This document shows, one piece after another, positions 9,723 through 19,834 of a stretch of 64,000 bases of DNA. The notes under the pieces were generated by a model, which saw only the letters and a list, made by a program, of their open reading frames with translations, did no database searches and was not told the DNA's origin. Both the position numbers and the translations under genes were made by a program. Position 1 is the stretch's first letter, and each line of letters opens with the position of its first letter. Origin of the DNA: Clostridia bacterium (GTDB lineage: Bacteria; Bacillota; Clostridia; Christensenellales; UBA1242); the NCBI GenBank assembly GCA_045588915.1, contig JAZNFA010000008.1, positions 139,744 to 203,743 of the forward strand. Direction: 5' to 3'.

Positions 9723-12700
9723 ATGAAAAAAGAAACATCAGTTTTTGATTTTGGCCACAATTACGAACCAGCCGATATTCTCGAAAGAATTAAAAATAAA
9801 AATAAAGGTAAACCAAAATATAACTTTTTGGACGGTCCGATTACGGCTAATGCACCGATGTGTTTGCATCACGGCTGGGGTCGTACTTTAAAGGATGTCT
9901 ATAACCGTTATAATTCTTTAATTGGTAAAGAAGTTGATTACGTGTGGGGTTTTGACGCTCAGGGAATGTGGGTAGAAGTTGAAGTTGAGAAATTACTTGG
10001 CTTGAAAAGTAAAAAAGAGATTGTTGAATATGGTGTTGATAAGTTTACCGAAAAGTGTATTGAACGTGTTGACTTCTTCAAAAATCGTCAAACAGAACAA
10101 AGCAAATTGATGGAAGAATTAGGTGACTGGGAACGTAGTTATATCACTAATTCCGATAAGAACATTACATCAATTTGGCATTTCTTAAAAGTCTGTAACG
10201 ATAAAAAAATGTTAAAACAAAGTTACAAAACAATGCCTTGGTGTCCACGCTGTGGTACCAGTTTAAGTGAACACGAAATGACTGGCAGTTATAAAGAACG
10301 CACACATAAAGCAGTTTATGTAAAGGCCAAAATCATAGGACGTGATGAAAGAATTTTGGTTTGGACAACAACACCGTGGACTTTGGCTGCAAATATGGCG
10401 ATTGCAATTAATCCAGAGTTTACTTATTGCAAATGTCGTGTAAAGAGTGATAGCAACTTGTTAATTGTTTGCGAAAAACGACTTAAAGTTTTACGTGATG
10501 ATTTAATCGAAGTTGTAGAAAAAGTTAATGGTTCTGACCTTGTTGGTTTAACTTATGAACCTTTCTTACCATTAGCGAAACAAGACTTTGAACATAAAAT
10601 TGTACCTTGGGATCAAGTTGATGAAGTCGATGGGTCAGGTGCTGTTCATATTGCTCCTGGTTGTGGTGCAGAAGACTTTGCTTTGGGTACACAATTACAT
10701 TTGGAACCGTTTATTATTCCTGTTGGAGAAAATGGTGTTTTTTATGATGAGTTTGAATGGCTAGCTGGGTTATCAACAGTTGATTGTGAAACAACAGTTT
10801 TTCAAAAATTAACAGATAATCAAACTATATATTATCATCACGATTATACGCATAATTATCCTTTCTGTTGGCGTTGTAAAACTGACGTTATTTTCCGTCT
10901 CGTTGCAGGTTATGATATTGCAACAGATGGTATTCGTAAAGATTTATTAAAGGCAGCTGATACAGTACATTGGACTCCTAGTTTTATGGGAAAATCAATG
11001 CGTCAGTGGTTGACCGATATGGGGGACTGGAATATTAGTCGACGTCGTTTTTATGGGTTACCTTTGCCATTCTATCCTTGTGAAAAATGTGGACATTTAA
11101 ATGTTGTTGATAGTCTTGATGATTTACGTGCTCGTGCTGTCGAGCCTGCTAAGGTTGATGCAATGCCACATTTACATCGTCCATATATTGATGAAATTAA
11201 AATCCACTGCGAAAAATGTAATGAGCACGTTGCACGTGTTCCTGATGTCGGGGATTGCTGGTTAGATGCGGGAATTGCGCCATTTTCAACCAAACCCAAA
11301 GGACAATTTAAAGCCGATATGGTCTTGGAAATGAAAGAACAAATTCGTTTGTGGTTCTATGCTCAATTATTTATGTCGGTGGTTTTAACCGGTGAAGCTC
11401 CTTATAAAGCTGTTGTTGGTTATTCAACACTTGTTGACGAAGATGGTAAAAAGTTCTCAAAGACTGGACCACGTAAAATCTATATTGAAGATGTTGCGGC
11501 ACAATATGGTGTCGATGTCTTACGTTATACTTTTGCAAGCGCTAATCCAACACTTGATATGCGCTTTGGTGATAATATTGCTGAAGATGCAAAACGTCGT
11601 TTATTAGCAATTTGGAATGCTTATGTTTTCTATACTACTTATGCTTTAGTAGACCAACCTGATGTGAAAAATTATCAGCCAGAGAATTTATCACCAATTG
11701 ATTTATGGTTAGTGCAATTAACCAATAAATATATTGAAGCAACACGTGAAGCTTATAATCAATTTAAGACACACCAAGTTGTTAAATTAACTGACGATTT
11801 TATTGAAGATATTTCGAATTTTTATATTCGTGTCAATCGTCGCCGTTATTGGAAAAATGGGGAAGATCAAGACAAGATGAATGCTTATTGGTGTTTGTTT
11901 AATGCTTTGCGTAGTGTTGTTGTTGTTTTAACACCAATCGTACCTAGTTATGCACAATACTTGTGGGAAAATTGTTTTGGGGAAGGTGAAGAACCTGTTA
12001 TGCTGGCAAATTATCCAACAACACTAAAAATAAAAACTAAAGATATGAAAGTCGATTTACTTGAATCGGTTAACTTTGTCAAACAAGTTATTAGTTTAGG
12101 GCTATCTTTGCGCGCTGAGAATCAAATTGCAATTAAGCAACCATTATCCAAGGTTTATATTAAGACTAACCAGCTTGATACTATTACAATGTTTGCAGAT
12201 ATTATTCAAGATCAATTAAACGTTAAACAAATTGAAATTGTTACCGATGACGATAAATTTAATATAGCATATTTAACAGTAAATTTCAAAAAAGCAGGTG
12301 CTATTTTGAAAAATCGTGTTCAAGAATTGAAAAATGCTTTGCAATCGTCAGACAAAATGAACGAGTACGTTGCTGCCTTTGAAACAGGTGAAAAAATTAA
12401 AATTGATGGATTTGATGCTTTAACACCAGACCTTTTTGAACGTAAATTAGCACCACGTGATGGTTTTGTGATAACTACTAGTGAAGATGTTACAGTCGTT
12501 CTTGATACGGTCATTACTGATGATTTAATGTTGGAAGGTATTGCACGTGAATTAATTCGTAGTATTCAATTAGAACGTATGAATCAAAATCTTAACATTA
12601 CTGACCGTATTATTTTAGATTTGAAAACAGCAGATGAAAAAATCTATACTGCTGCAAACGCTCATCAACCACGTATTATGCGTGAAGTATTGGCAACCGA

Positions 12701-12755
12701 AATGCATATCTCACAAGGAAGTGGAGAAAATGAAATACACATCAGATTGGCGTGA
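9723..12755 (+). CDS. ileS: Isoleucine--tRNA ligase (divergent signature motifs)
   Basis: Class I aaRS layout. LGLKSKKEIVEYGVDKFTEKC block, WCPRCGTSLSEHE and PFCWRCKTDVIF zinc-type motifs, KFSKTG in the KMSKS position. The ATG at 9723 avoids overlap with the upstream gene. Confidence 0.85.
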   Translation: MKKETSVFDFGHNYEPADILERIKNKNKGKPKYNFLDGPITANAPMCLHHGWGRTLKDVYNRYNSLIGKEVDYVWGFDAQGMWVEVEVEKLLGLKSKKEIVEYGVDKFTEKCIERVDFFKNRQTEQSKLMEELGDWERSYITNSDKNITSIWHFLKVCNDKKMLKQSYKTMPWCPRCGTSLSEHEMTGSYKERTHKAVYVKAKIIGRDERILVWTTTPWTLAANMAIAINPEFTYCKCRVKSDSNLLIVCEKRLKVLRDDLIEVVEKVNGSDLVGLTYEPFLPLAKQDFEHKIVPWDQVDEVDGSGAVHIAPGCGAEDFALGTQLHLEPFIIPVGENGVFYDEFEWLAGLSTVDCETTVFQKLTDNQTIYYHHDYTHNYPFCWRCKTDVIFRLVAGYDIATDGIRKDLLKAADTVHWTPSFMGKSMRQWLTDMGDWNISRRRFYGLPLPFYPCEKCGHLNVVDSLDDLRARAVEPAKVDAMPHLHRPYIDEIKIHCEKCNEHVARVPDVGDCWLDAGIAPFSTKPKGQFKADMVLEMKEQIRLWFYAQLFMSVVLTGEAPYKAVVGYSTLVDEDGKKFSKTGPRKIYIEDVAAQYGVDVLRYTFASANPTLDMRFGDNIAEDAKRRLLAIWNAYVFYTTYALVDQPDVKNYQPENLSPIDLWLVQLTNKYIEATREAYNQFKTHQVVKLTDDFIEDISNFYIRVNRRRYWKNGEDQDKMNAYWCLFNALRSVVVVLTPIVPSYAQYLWENCFGEGEEPVMLANYPTTLKIKTKDMKVDLLESVNFVKQVISLGLSLRAENQIAIKQPLSKVYIKTNQLDTITMFADIIQDQLNVKQIEIVTDDDKFNIAYLTVNFKKAGAILKNRVQELKNALQSSDKMNEYVAAFETGEKIKIDGFDALTPDLFERKLAPRDGFVITTSEDVTVVLDTVITDDLMLEGIARELIRSIQLERMNQNLNITDRIILDLKTADEKIYTAANAHQPRIMREVLATEMHISQGSGENEIHIRLA

Positions 12756-13587
12756 TTTTGCAATTATTGCCACTGGTAATGGTGAAAAGTTGGAACGTTG
12801 GGGAAATATAGTCTTATTACGTCCTGATCCTCAAGCTATTTGGAGTCCATCTGTTGATTATGCAAGTTATCCACAAATTACTGGACATTATATACGTTCT
12901 GCAACTGGTGGTGGTGCGTGGGAATGGTTAAAAAAAACACCAGATGAATGGATAATTAAATATAAAGACTTAAAATTTATCATCAGTCCAATGAATTTTA
13001 AGCATACTGGTTTATTCCCTGAACAAGCTGTAAATTGGGATTTGGTTATGCAAGTGTTACAAAAGCGACCACAGGCTAAAGTTTTGAATTTATTTGCTTA
13101 TACCGGTGGTGCGACAGTTGCGTGTGCAAAAGCAGGAGCTCACGTTACACACGTTGATGCCAGTCGTGGAATGACTGACGTAGCTAAACGCAACGTAGCG
13201 TTAAATGAAATTCCTTTTGAAAGTGTACGTTATATTGTTGATGATTGCCAAAAGTTTGTTGCTCGTGAAATTCGCCGTGGCCATAAGTATGATGCGATTA
13301 TAATGGATCCACCAAATTTTGGTCGTGGCGCTAATGGTGAAGTTTGGAAGTTAACCGAAAATTTAAATAGTTTAATTGCAAATTGTGTCCAATTGCTTTC
13401 AGATAAACCATTATTTGTTTTGGTTAACAATTATACAGCTTCTGTGCAACCGACTGTAATTGAAAATGTTTTACGAAAAAATTTAAATGGATTACACTAT
13501 AAGATCCAAACTTATGAAATTGGATTGCCAACGGCAGAGAATTTAATTCTACCTTGTGGAGGAACATCTTATGTGTCTTTTTTGTGA
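12730..13587 (+). CDS. Class I SAM-dependent (rRNA-type, RlmI/YwbD-like) methyltransferase
   Basis: LNLFAYTGGATVACAKAGA..VDAS SAM-binding motif and IIMDPPNFGRG motif. SD GGAAGTGGAG before the ATG. Confidence 0.8.
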   Translation: MKYTSDWRDFAIIATGNGEKLERWGNIVLLRPDPQAIWSPSVDYASYPQITGHYIRSATGGGAWEWLKKTPDEWIIKYKDLKFIISPMNFKHTGLFPEQAVNWDLVMQVLQKRPQAKVLNLFAYTGGATVACAKAGAHVTHVDASRGMTDVAKRNVALNEIPFESVRYIVDDCQKFVAREIRRGHKYDAIIMDPPNFGRGANGEVWKLTENLNSLIANCVQLLSDKPLFVLVNNYTASVQPTVIENVLRKNLNGLHYKIQTYEIGLPTAENLILPCGGTSYVSFL

Positions 13588-13870
13588 TTTAGCTAAAAAT
13601 TATGTGATTGAAAATGAATTATGTTATATGATTTACGATAAATTTCCGGTATCTCCTGGTCACTGTTTAATTATTCCGAAAAGACATATTGAAACTGTTT
13701 TTGAAATGAATTCTGATGAATGGGCAGCTGCTGGAAGTTTAATTGTGCTTGCTAAGAAAGAAATTGAAAAACAATTTCAACCAAAAGGTTACAATATAAA
13801 AGTTAATTGTGGTAAAGCTGCAGGTCAAGAAATTATGCATGCTCATATCCATTTAATCCCCAAATATTAA
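13571..13870 (+). CDS. HIT family (histidine triad) protein
   Basis: C-terminal HAHIHLIP histidine triad. SD GGAGGA 8 nt upstream. Confidence 0.9.
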   Translation: MCLFCDLAKNYVIENELCYMIYDKFPVSPGHCLIIPKRHIETVFEMNSDEWAAAGSLIVLAKKEIEKQFQPKGYNIKVNCGKAAGQEIMHAHIHLIPKY

Positions 13871-13890
13871 ATGTTAGAAGGTAAAACAAA

Positions 13891-14259
13891 ATGAAGAAAG
13901 ATGAAAATGAACGTGAAAAAGTAAAAACAGGAATTTGCGACTTTTTGTTGTCATACGATTGTCCATCGGAATATGTTGGTTTCCCGATATTGATTGACTT
14001 GCTAAAGGCGGCAATTGAAAATTATACGGAGTTAGCTTTAAACTTAAAATCAATTTATTACCGTGTGGCACGTCAAAGAAAAATAACTCGTTTATGTATT
14101 GAACGTAATTTAACAACATTATTTGAACGTTGGGAAGAAAAGGAAAAATTTAAAGATTTATTCGACAGTCGTCCAACTAATGCGACTGCTTTGAATCTTT
14201 TGGCGCGCAAGATTCGTTACTTAAATTGCAGTGTTTATGACACTTTGCTGATGCCATAA
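13891..14259 (+). CDS. Stand-alone Spo0A C-terminal (DNA-binding) domain protein, no receiver domain
   Basis: Aligns by eye with B. subtilis Spo0A-C: GVPAHIKGYLYL / DCPSEYVGFPIL; SRVERAIRHAIE / TRLCIERNLTTLFE; KPTNSEFIAMVADKL / RPTNATALNLLARKI. Confidence 0.8.
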   Translation: MKKDENEREKVKTGICDFLLSYDCPSEYVGFPILIDLLKAAIENYTELALNLKSIYYRVARQRKITRLCIERNLTTLFERWEEKEKFKDLFDSRPTNATALNLLARKIRYLNCSVYDTLLMP

Positions 14260-14274
14260 ATTTTCGCAAATTAC

Positions 14275-14304
14275 TTGACAAAATTGATAAAAAAAGAATA
14301 AAAT
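14275..14304 (+). promoter_or_regulatory. Sigma-A type promoter candidate for greA (TTGACA-N18-TAAAAT)
   Basis: Perfect -35 hexamer at 14275-14280, -10 TAAAAT at 14299-14304. Confidence 0.5.
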
Positions 14305-14340
14305 AACGAAACCATTATCATGGTAAAGAGGAGGAAAAAA

Positions 14341-14811
14341 ATGACTAGATATGTAACTATGGTAGGTAAAAAAAAGCTAGAAGACGAGTTGGCAGAATTG
14401 ATGTCAAAGCGTAGCGAAATCGCGAGTCAAATTAAAGAAGCACGCGAATTCGGTGATTTGAAAGAAAATGCCGAGTATGCTGCTGCACGTGAAGCACAAA
14501 ATAATTTGGAAATCCGTGTTAAAGAAGTTGAAGCAATTTTACAAAACTTAACACTTTTTTCATATAAAACAGCTAATACCAGTGAAGTTAGTTTAGGTAC
14601 TTCTGTATTGGTAGAAAATATGAGTACTAAAAAACAAGAAACTTATGTGATTACTGGCTTTATGGAATTTGATATTGAAAAGAATTATATTTCTAATGAA
14701 AGTCCAAAAGGTAAAGCATTATTAGGTAAAAAAGTTGGTGAAGTTGCAATTATTAAAACACCAGCAAGTCAAATTTCTTTGAAAATTTTAAAGATTAATC
14801 GTGCGGAGTAA
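14341..14811 (+). CDS. greA: Transcription elongation factor GreA
   Basis: GDLKENAEYAAAREAQ coiled-coil motif, about 157 aa, strong SD AAGAGGAGGA. Confidence 0.95.
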   Translation: MTRYVTMVGKKKLEDELAELMSKRSEIASQIKEAREFGDLKENAEYAAAREAQNNLEIRVKEVEAILQNLTLFSYKTANTSEVSLGTSVLVENMSTKKQETYVITGFMEFDIEKNYISNESPKGKALLGKKVGEVAIIKTPASQISLKILKINRAE

Positions 14812-14813
14812 TT

Positions 14814-15590
14814 ATGTTTGATTCGCATTTTCATTTAACTGATCCACGTTTGAATACAAATATTGATGTTCAAAATGGACAATGTGAAGGTGTAGAAATT
14901 GGGGCAGACTTTGAAAGTCTGCCCAATATTTTTGAATTCGCAAATAAATACCAAAACGTGTTTTGTACAGCTGGAGTTCATCCTGCTTATGCGAACACTT
15001 ATTCAGCAAATGATTTTGAAAATTTTGTTGCCGAACATTTAGATTTTGAAAAGTTTGTTGCAATTGGTGAATGTGGGTTGGATTATCATCGTCCAGATTT
15101 ACCAGCACGTGAAGAACAAATTGCTGTTTTTGAACATCAAATTTTTATGGCTGAACGCTATCAAAAACCATTAGTTGTGCATTCACGTGATGCGTGGGAA
15201 GATACTGCAAATATTTTAATTGCGAACAAAGCAAAATTAAAAAATGGCGTGTTAATTCATTGTATGAGCTATACAGCAGAACAAGCGAATTTTCTTATGA
15301 CACAGTTATCAGGCGTTGATGTTTATTTTGCTTTTGGTGGGCATATTACGTATAAAGGTAAAGAATATTTGCATAATACAATTCGTTCAATTCCGTTAAA
15401 TCAAATTTTAATTGAAACGGATGCGCCTTATCTAGCTCCAGTTCCGAAGCGCAGTGAAGTAAATCATCCATCTTATATAATGTATACGGCAGAAAAAATG
15501 GCAGAAGTATTGCATAAGACCGTTGATGAAATTGAAAAACTTACCAAAGAAAATGCCTATCGTTTTTACAAAATAAAAGCAGTCAAGTGA
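14814..15590 (+). CDS. tatD: TatD family metal-dependent hydrolase/DNase
   Basis: N-terminal DSHFHL, GECGLDY, VVHSRDA and ETDAPYL motifs. Confidence 0.92.
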   Translation: MFDSHFHLTDPRLNTNIDVQNGQCEGVEIGADFESLPNIFEFANKYQNVFCTAGVHPAYANTYSANDFENFVAEHLDFEKFVAIGECGLDYHRPDLPAREEQIAVFEHQIFMAERYQKPLVVHSRDAWEDTANILIANKAKLKNGVLIHCMSYTAEQANFLMTQLSGVDVYFAFGGHITYKGKEYLHNTIRSIPLNQILIETDAPYLAPVPKRSEVNHPSYIMYTAEKMAEVLHKTVDEIEKLTKENAYRFYKIKAVK

Positions 15591-15599
15591 CTGCTTTTT
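15575..15599 (+). terminator. Rho-independent terminator overlapping the tatD stop
   Basis: Perfect 10-bp stem AAAAGCAGTC / GACTGCTTTT with loop AAGT, followed by a T-run. Confidence 0.75.
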
Positions 15600-15674
15600 G
15601 TTTTTCCTTTGTAAAAAGTTTTTCGTTTGTATGAGTTTATCTTCTGCAAAATAAACTATCTTATACTACCATAG

Positions 15675-16469
15675 TTGTGGTACACTATTCAAGTGGAATT
15701 TGAATATAAAAAATCTTTGGGGCAAAACTTTATTTATGATACGGATTTTTTGCGCGCATTAGTAAAGAAGTTAGATGTTCAACCAACGGAGATTGTTGTT
15801 GAAGTTGGTGCCGGTATGGGGACGTTGACACGTGCTTTAGCCGAAACAGGCTGTCAGGTTTATTCAGTTGAAATTGACAAACGCTTACAATCACATTTAA
15901 CAAAAAATTTACAATCGTATTCAAACGTACATTTAATTTTTGATGATGCTTTGACATACGATTTTTCAAAGATTCCGAACTTCCGTTTGATTGCAAATGT
16001 TCCATATTATATTACGACACCTTTAATTATAAAATTTTTGGCCGCAAGTAATTGTTGTGAGGTGAATGTTTTAATTGCTGATGAAGTTGCACAACGCATT
16101 GTTGAATCACCTGGAACAGCATTATATGGGGCTCTTTCCGTCAGTTGTCAAAATCAGGCAGATTGTAAAATATTACAAATGGTACCACGTACGATGTTTA
16201 CGCCGCAGCCAAAAGTTGATAGTGCATTCGTTTGTATGAAAAAAAATGGTAACCCGTATAATCCAAAATTAGCAAGTTTGTTAAAAGGTGTTTTTGCTTC
16301 ACGTCGTAAGACTATGTTGAACGCTTTATCAAAAACGCTAAATCTTGATAAGGTTGCTACTGAAAAAATCTTAACAGCAGTAGGTATTGATTCGACTTGT
16401 CGCCCTGAACAAGTTACTCCGACAGAATTCGCCAAAATTTGTGCTCTTTCGTCTGAAATAAAAGATTGA
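15675..16469 (+). CDS. rsmA: 16S rRNA (adenine1518/1519-N6)-dimethyltransferase (non-ATG start, TTG 15675 or GTG 15693)
   Basis: KKSLGQNFI, EVGAGMGTLT and NVPYYITTP motifs. Confidence 0.92.
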   Translation: MWYTIQVEFEYKKSLGQNFIYDTDFLRALVKKLDVQPTEIVVEVGAGMGTLTRALAETGCQVYSVEIDKRLQSHLTKNLQSYSNVHLIFDDALTYDFSKIPNFRLIANVPYYITTPLIIKFLAASNCCEVNVLIADEVAQRIVESPGTALYGALSVSCQNQADCKILQMVPRTMFTPQPKVDSAFVCMKKNGNPYNPKLASLLKGVFASRRKTMLNALSKTLNLDKVATEKILTAVGIDSTCRPEQVTPTEFAKICALSSEIKD

Positions 16470-16488
16470 ACTTTGTTATAATCCTTTA

Positions 16489-16917
16489 ATGGCAGTATTG
16501 ATAAAGAATATAATTTTATATGATCGTGTGGGAGCAGTTGCTGGTTTTATTGAAATTAGACCATTAGAAAATGGTACACATTTACGTTTAAAGCATTCTT
16601 TAAGCGAAAAGAATTTAATGTTATCAATGGTAATCGATGGTGTTAATAAAGTTTTAAAAATAACTGGCAATTTAACCGAATATGAGTTGCATACTAAAAT
16701 TGATCTTGAATATGAAATCTTTGCTTGTATAGTTCAGCAAGTAGGTAATGAAATGATTTCTTTGGCAAGTGGTGTAATCAATCTTAATCGTTTAAAAGAG
16801 AAACAAGCTGTCCAAGAAGTAGATCACGCAATTAAAAAAGTTTGTTGTGTTGATGCTCACGGAAACAGTGAATGCGATAAATGCCCTTACCGTGAATATT
16901 TTTTCAAACAAGCATAA
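16489..16917 (+). CDS. Hypothetical protein with C-terminal Cys cluster (CCVDAHGNSECDKCPY)
   Basis: Intact 142-aa ORF in an otherwise empty interval. No family recognised. Confidence 0.55.
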   Translation: MAVLIKNIILYDRVGAVAGFIEIRPLENGTHLRLKHSLSEKNLMLSMVIDGVNKVLKITGNLTEYELHTKIDLEYEIFACIVQQVGNEMISLASGVINLNRLKEKQAVQEVDHAIKKVCCVDAHGNSECDKCPYREYFFKQA

Positions 16918-17545
16918 TCGTATTGTGGCCGCCACCTTTCTTTGCGCGAAAAATTGCTAAATACACGCCCTTATTATTTGACAATAATTTAATTTCTTTA
17001 ATTCGAAAATTATTATTTTCGAAAATTGTGATGGCTTTAGCAAGTTGGTTGGCTGGGTAACAAAAGTAAACCGTTCCACCATATTTAATTTTTTTTGTAC
17101 ATAAAGCAGCTAAATCTTCTAAGGAAAGTGTGTCGGAATGTCGAGCTTGGCTTTTGTGTTGGTTCTCTGGTTTTTTACCACTGGTAAAATAAGGTGGGTT
17201 ACAGACAATCACATCAGCAAATTTGTTTGGTATGATCTTGTTTATTTGTCGAGCATCACCACATAAAGTAGTAAACTTTGTTTCAGATAATTTATCTTGA
17301 TTGATTGCAATATTTTTTTCGATCTGTTTTACGGCGTCAGCATTGATATCAATACTAATCATTTCACTAGGTTTGTGATTAAACGCTATTAGGAGTGTTA
17401 AAACACCTGTACCACATCCGATATCGAAGACTACGTCAGATTTTTTACATCGAACAAAATTACCTAACGCAACAGCATCACTGGAAAGTTTGTATAAATT
17501 ATCTGGCTGTTCAATCAATAAACCTTGGTCATTTAAAAATTCCAT
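16904..17545 (-). CDS. tRNA (adenine-N6)-methyltransferase, YfiC/TrmN6-like
   Basis: DIGCGTGVL SAM motif and CNPPYF catalytic motif. Confidence 0.8.
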   Translation of the reverse strand: MEFLNDQGLLIEQPDNLYKLSSDAVALGNFVRCKKSDVVFDIGCGTGVLTLLIAFNHKPSEMISIDINADAVKQIEKNIAINQDKLSETKFTTLCGDARQINKIIPNKFADVIVCNPPYFTSGKKPENQHKSQARHSDTLSLEDLAALCTKKIKYGGTVYFCYPANQLAKAITIFENNNFRIKEIKLLSNNKGVYLAIFRAKKGGGHNTIMLV

Positions 17546-17548
17546 TAC

Positions 17549-19804
17549 TTAAAAATACCACGGAATGCGTTTGCTTTCAATCGGTTTACTTGAAACATTA
17601 GGTTTGTCATTTAAATACAATGTAAGTTCGTTGCTTGTTTGTGGGTATTTGCCATTTATGCTAGCTGTGACATAATATGTGTTATAAGTTTCTGGGGAGT
17701 TATCTATAAAAGAATAAGTTCCTGATTTGTGACGAATAACAGCTTGTAAAGTTTTATTTTTATAGATTTCATATGTTTGGTGGGGTAATACGTCAAACCA
17801 AATTTGCGTTTTGTTATCTGTTACTTTACCATCTAGCAATGTGGGTGTGGTAGTTAAATAATTTTCCGAAACTGATGTTGGCTGGTAGCGACTTGAAAAT
17901 AAGTCTGAAGTGGTTTCGCAATCAGGTGTATTGGTACTTGCAATGTTTAATTTTCCATTTTGATAATCTAAATTATCTAAGCGAATTGTTTTAACTGAAT
18001 TTGGACAAGTAAAATGTGCGTCAGGCTTACTTATTGCCTTATGAATATCTTTTGCTGCGTACGTCAGTTTACTGCCACCGGTAGCGCCTGATGGTAAATC
18101 ATTTTCTGGTTTCATTGTTGCGTTGCCGTGCCAAACTACTAACAAATTTTCAGGTGTGTATGAAACCAAAGTTGCATCCGTATTCGTATTAGTGTTTTCG
18201 CGTTCAGTTGTTCCAGTTTTTGCGGCTATCTCTATATTCAAAGGTGCTAGTTTACGCGCCGTTCCATTTTTAACTGTTTCAATTAGCATATCGGTTAATA
18301 AATATGCAGTATCAGTTGTGAGTACTTGTGGGGCATAGTTATATTTGTTGGTTAAGTCAAAATATACAGTTTGGCCATTGCGATCACGAATGCTACGGAT
18401 AAAACGCGCTGGAGTATATTTTCCTTGATTTGCTATCGTTTGATACCCACCTGCAAGTTCTAAAAAAGTTGTACCTTGATTTGTATTACCTAAGGCCATT
18501 GATAAATTTTCGTTTTCTAAATTTAACCCCATTTTCTTTCCGATTGTAGTCGCGGCTTCAATTGTAGTTGCATTTAAAATTTTTACAGCTGGCACATTAT
18601 AACTGTGTACTAAGGACTCACGTGCTGAAACCAATCCATGATATTTATTATCAAAATTTTGGGGATTAAAATCTGAATCAATCAGTGGACTGTCGTCAAT
18701 TAAAGTTGCTGGCTGAATTACTCCTAATTCAAGCGCAGGGGCATAAACTAATAAAGGTTTCATCGCGCTACCAAAATTTCGGCGTGCAGTTAATAAAGTT
18801 GGATTTGAAGTCCATAAAGCTTGTACTTGACCGTTACTTGATGATAGTAACGCAAATTTTTCACCAACTAAATTATATTCAGTATTGTTAATAGCATCAT
18901 ACAATAATTGTTGTTTTTCAGGTTGGTAGTAAGTATCAATTTGATAGCCGTAATTGATAATGTCATTCTCGCTTAAATTAAGAATTTTAGCAGCTTCTTT
19001 CAAAGCCATTGTTTGGTAGTTTGTTCCTAACCATAAAGTTTGTGGGGTTTTAATTTCTAGTGGTTCTTTTAATGCGTCTTGGTATTCTGATTCTGAAATT
19101 AAATTTTGTTCATACATTAGTTTTAAAATTAAATGTGCTCGATTTCGAAAATTCTTATGATTTAAGATTGGGTCATATTTAGTTGGGTTTTTAATAATCC
19201 CAGCTAAGCCAGCACTTTCGGCTATTGTTAATTCTGCTGGTGTTTTACTGTAATAAAATTCACTGGCATTCGCAATACCGTAGTTGTTGTTTCCAAAATA
19301 AATTGCGTTTAAATATAATTCGATGATTTCTTCTTTTGTAAAATTTTGTTCAACTTTTAATGCTAAAATTGCTTCTCTTATTTTTCTCTGTAAGGTTTTT
19401 TCATTGGTTAAATATGTGTTTTTGACTAACTGTTGTGTGATTGTACTTGCACCTTCTTTGGAGTACCCAGCTGCTAAATTGTTAACAAGAGCTTTAGCAA
19501 TTCTTGGTAATGATATACCGTGATGTTGGTAAAAATTTTTATCTTCAACAGCAACAAATGCGTTAATGCAGTTTGGATTGATTTGGTCGATATGACAATA
19601 TTTAATGTTGTTTTGTGTATCAATAAGTTGTTGTTCACTGTCGTAGAAGGTTGCTGTTTGGCTTAGAGTCGTTAAACGACTAATATCAAGTGTTTCACTG
19701 CGCCAGATTAAAGCAAAAGCTATGCCACCACCTAATGCAACAAGAAGCAGTGTAAAAGCAAAAATAATTAAAAGCTTACGAAATAATTTTATTGGTTTGG
19801 ACAC
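17549..19804 (-). CDS. Class A penicillin-binding protein (glycosyltransferase + transpeptidase)
   Basis: N-terminal TM. GT51 motifs EDKNFYQHHG and GASTITQQL. Transpeptidase SAMKP (SxxK) and KTGTT. Confidence 0.93.
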   Translation of the reverse strand: MSKPIKLFRKLLIIFAFTLLLVALGGGIAFALIWRSETLDISRLTTLSQTATFYDSEQQLIDTQNNIKYCHIDQINPNCINAFVAVEDKNFYQHHGISLPRIAKALVNNLAAGYSKEGASTITQQLVKNTYLTNEKTLQRKIREAILALKVEQNFTKEEIIELYLNAIYFGNNNYGIANASEFYYSKTPAELTIAESAGLAGIIKNPTKYDPILNHKNFRNRAHLILKLMYEQNLISESEYQDALKEPLEIKTPQTLWLGTNYQTMALKEAAKILNLSENDIINYGYQIDTYYQPEKQQLLYDAINNTEYNLVGEKFALLSSSNGQVQALWTSNPTLLTARRNFGSAMKPLLVYAPALELGVIQPATLIDDSPLIDSDFNPQNFDNKYHGLVSARESLVHSYNVPAVKILNATTIEAATTIGKKMGLNLENENLSMALGNTNQGTTFLELAGGYQTIANQGKYTPARFIRSIRDRNGQTVYFDLTNKYNYAPQVLTTDTAYLLTDMLIETVKNGTARKLAPLNIEIAAKTGTTERENTNTNTDATLVSYTPENLLVVWHGNATMKPENDLPSGATGGSKLTYAAKDIHKAISKPDAHFTCPNSVKTIRLDNLDYQNGKLNIASTNTPDCETTSDLFSSRYQPTSVSENYLTTTPTLLDGKVTDNKTQIWFDVLPHQTYEIYKNKTLQAVIRHKSGTYSFIDNSPETYNTYYVTASINGKYPQTSNELTLYLNDKPNVSSKPIESKRIPWYF

Positions 19805-19834
19805 AAGTTATTTTGTGTTAAACTGTGATTGTTT

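Noticed and set aside
12867-12875. Perfect DnaA box TTATCCACA
   Set aside because: It is a single box inside a methyltransferase CDS, with no cluster, no AT-rich unwinding element and no dnaA/dnaN context, so it is not an origin.
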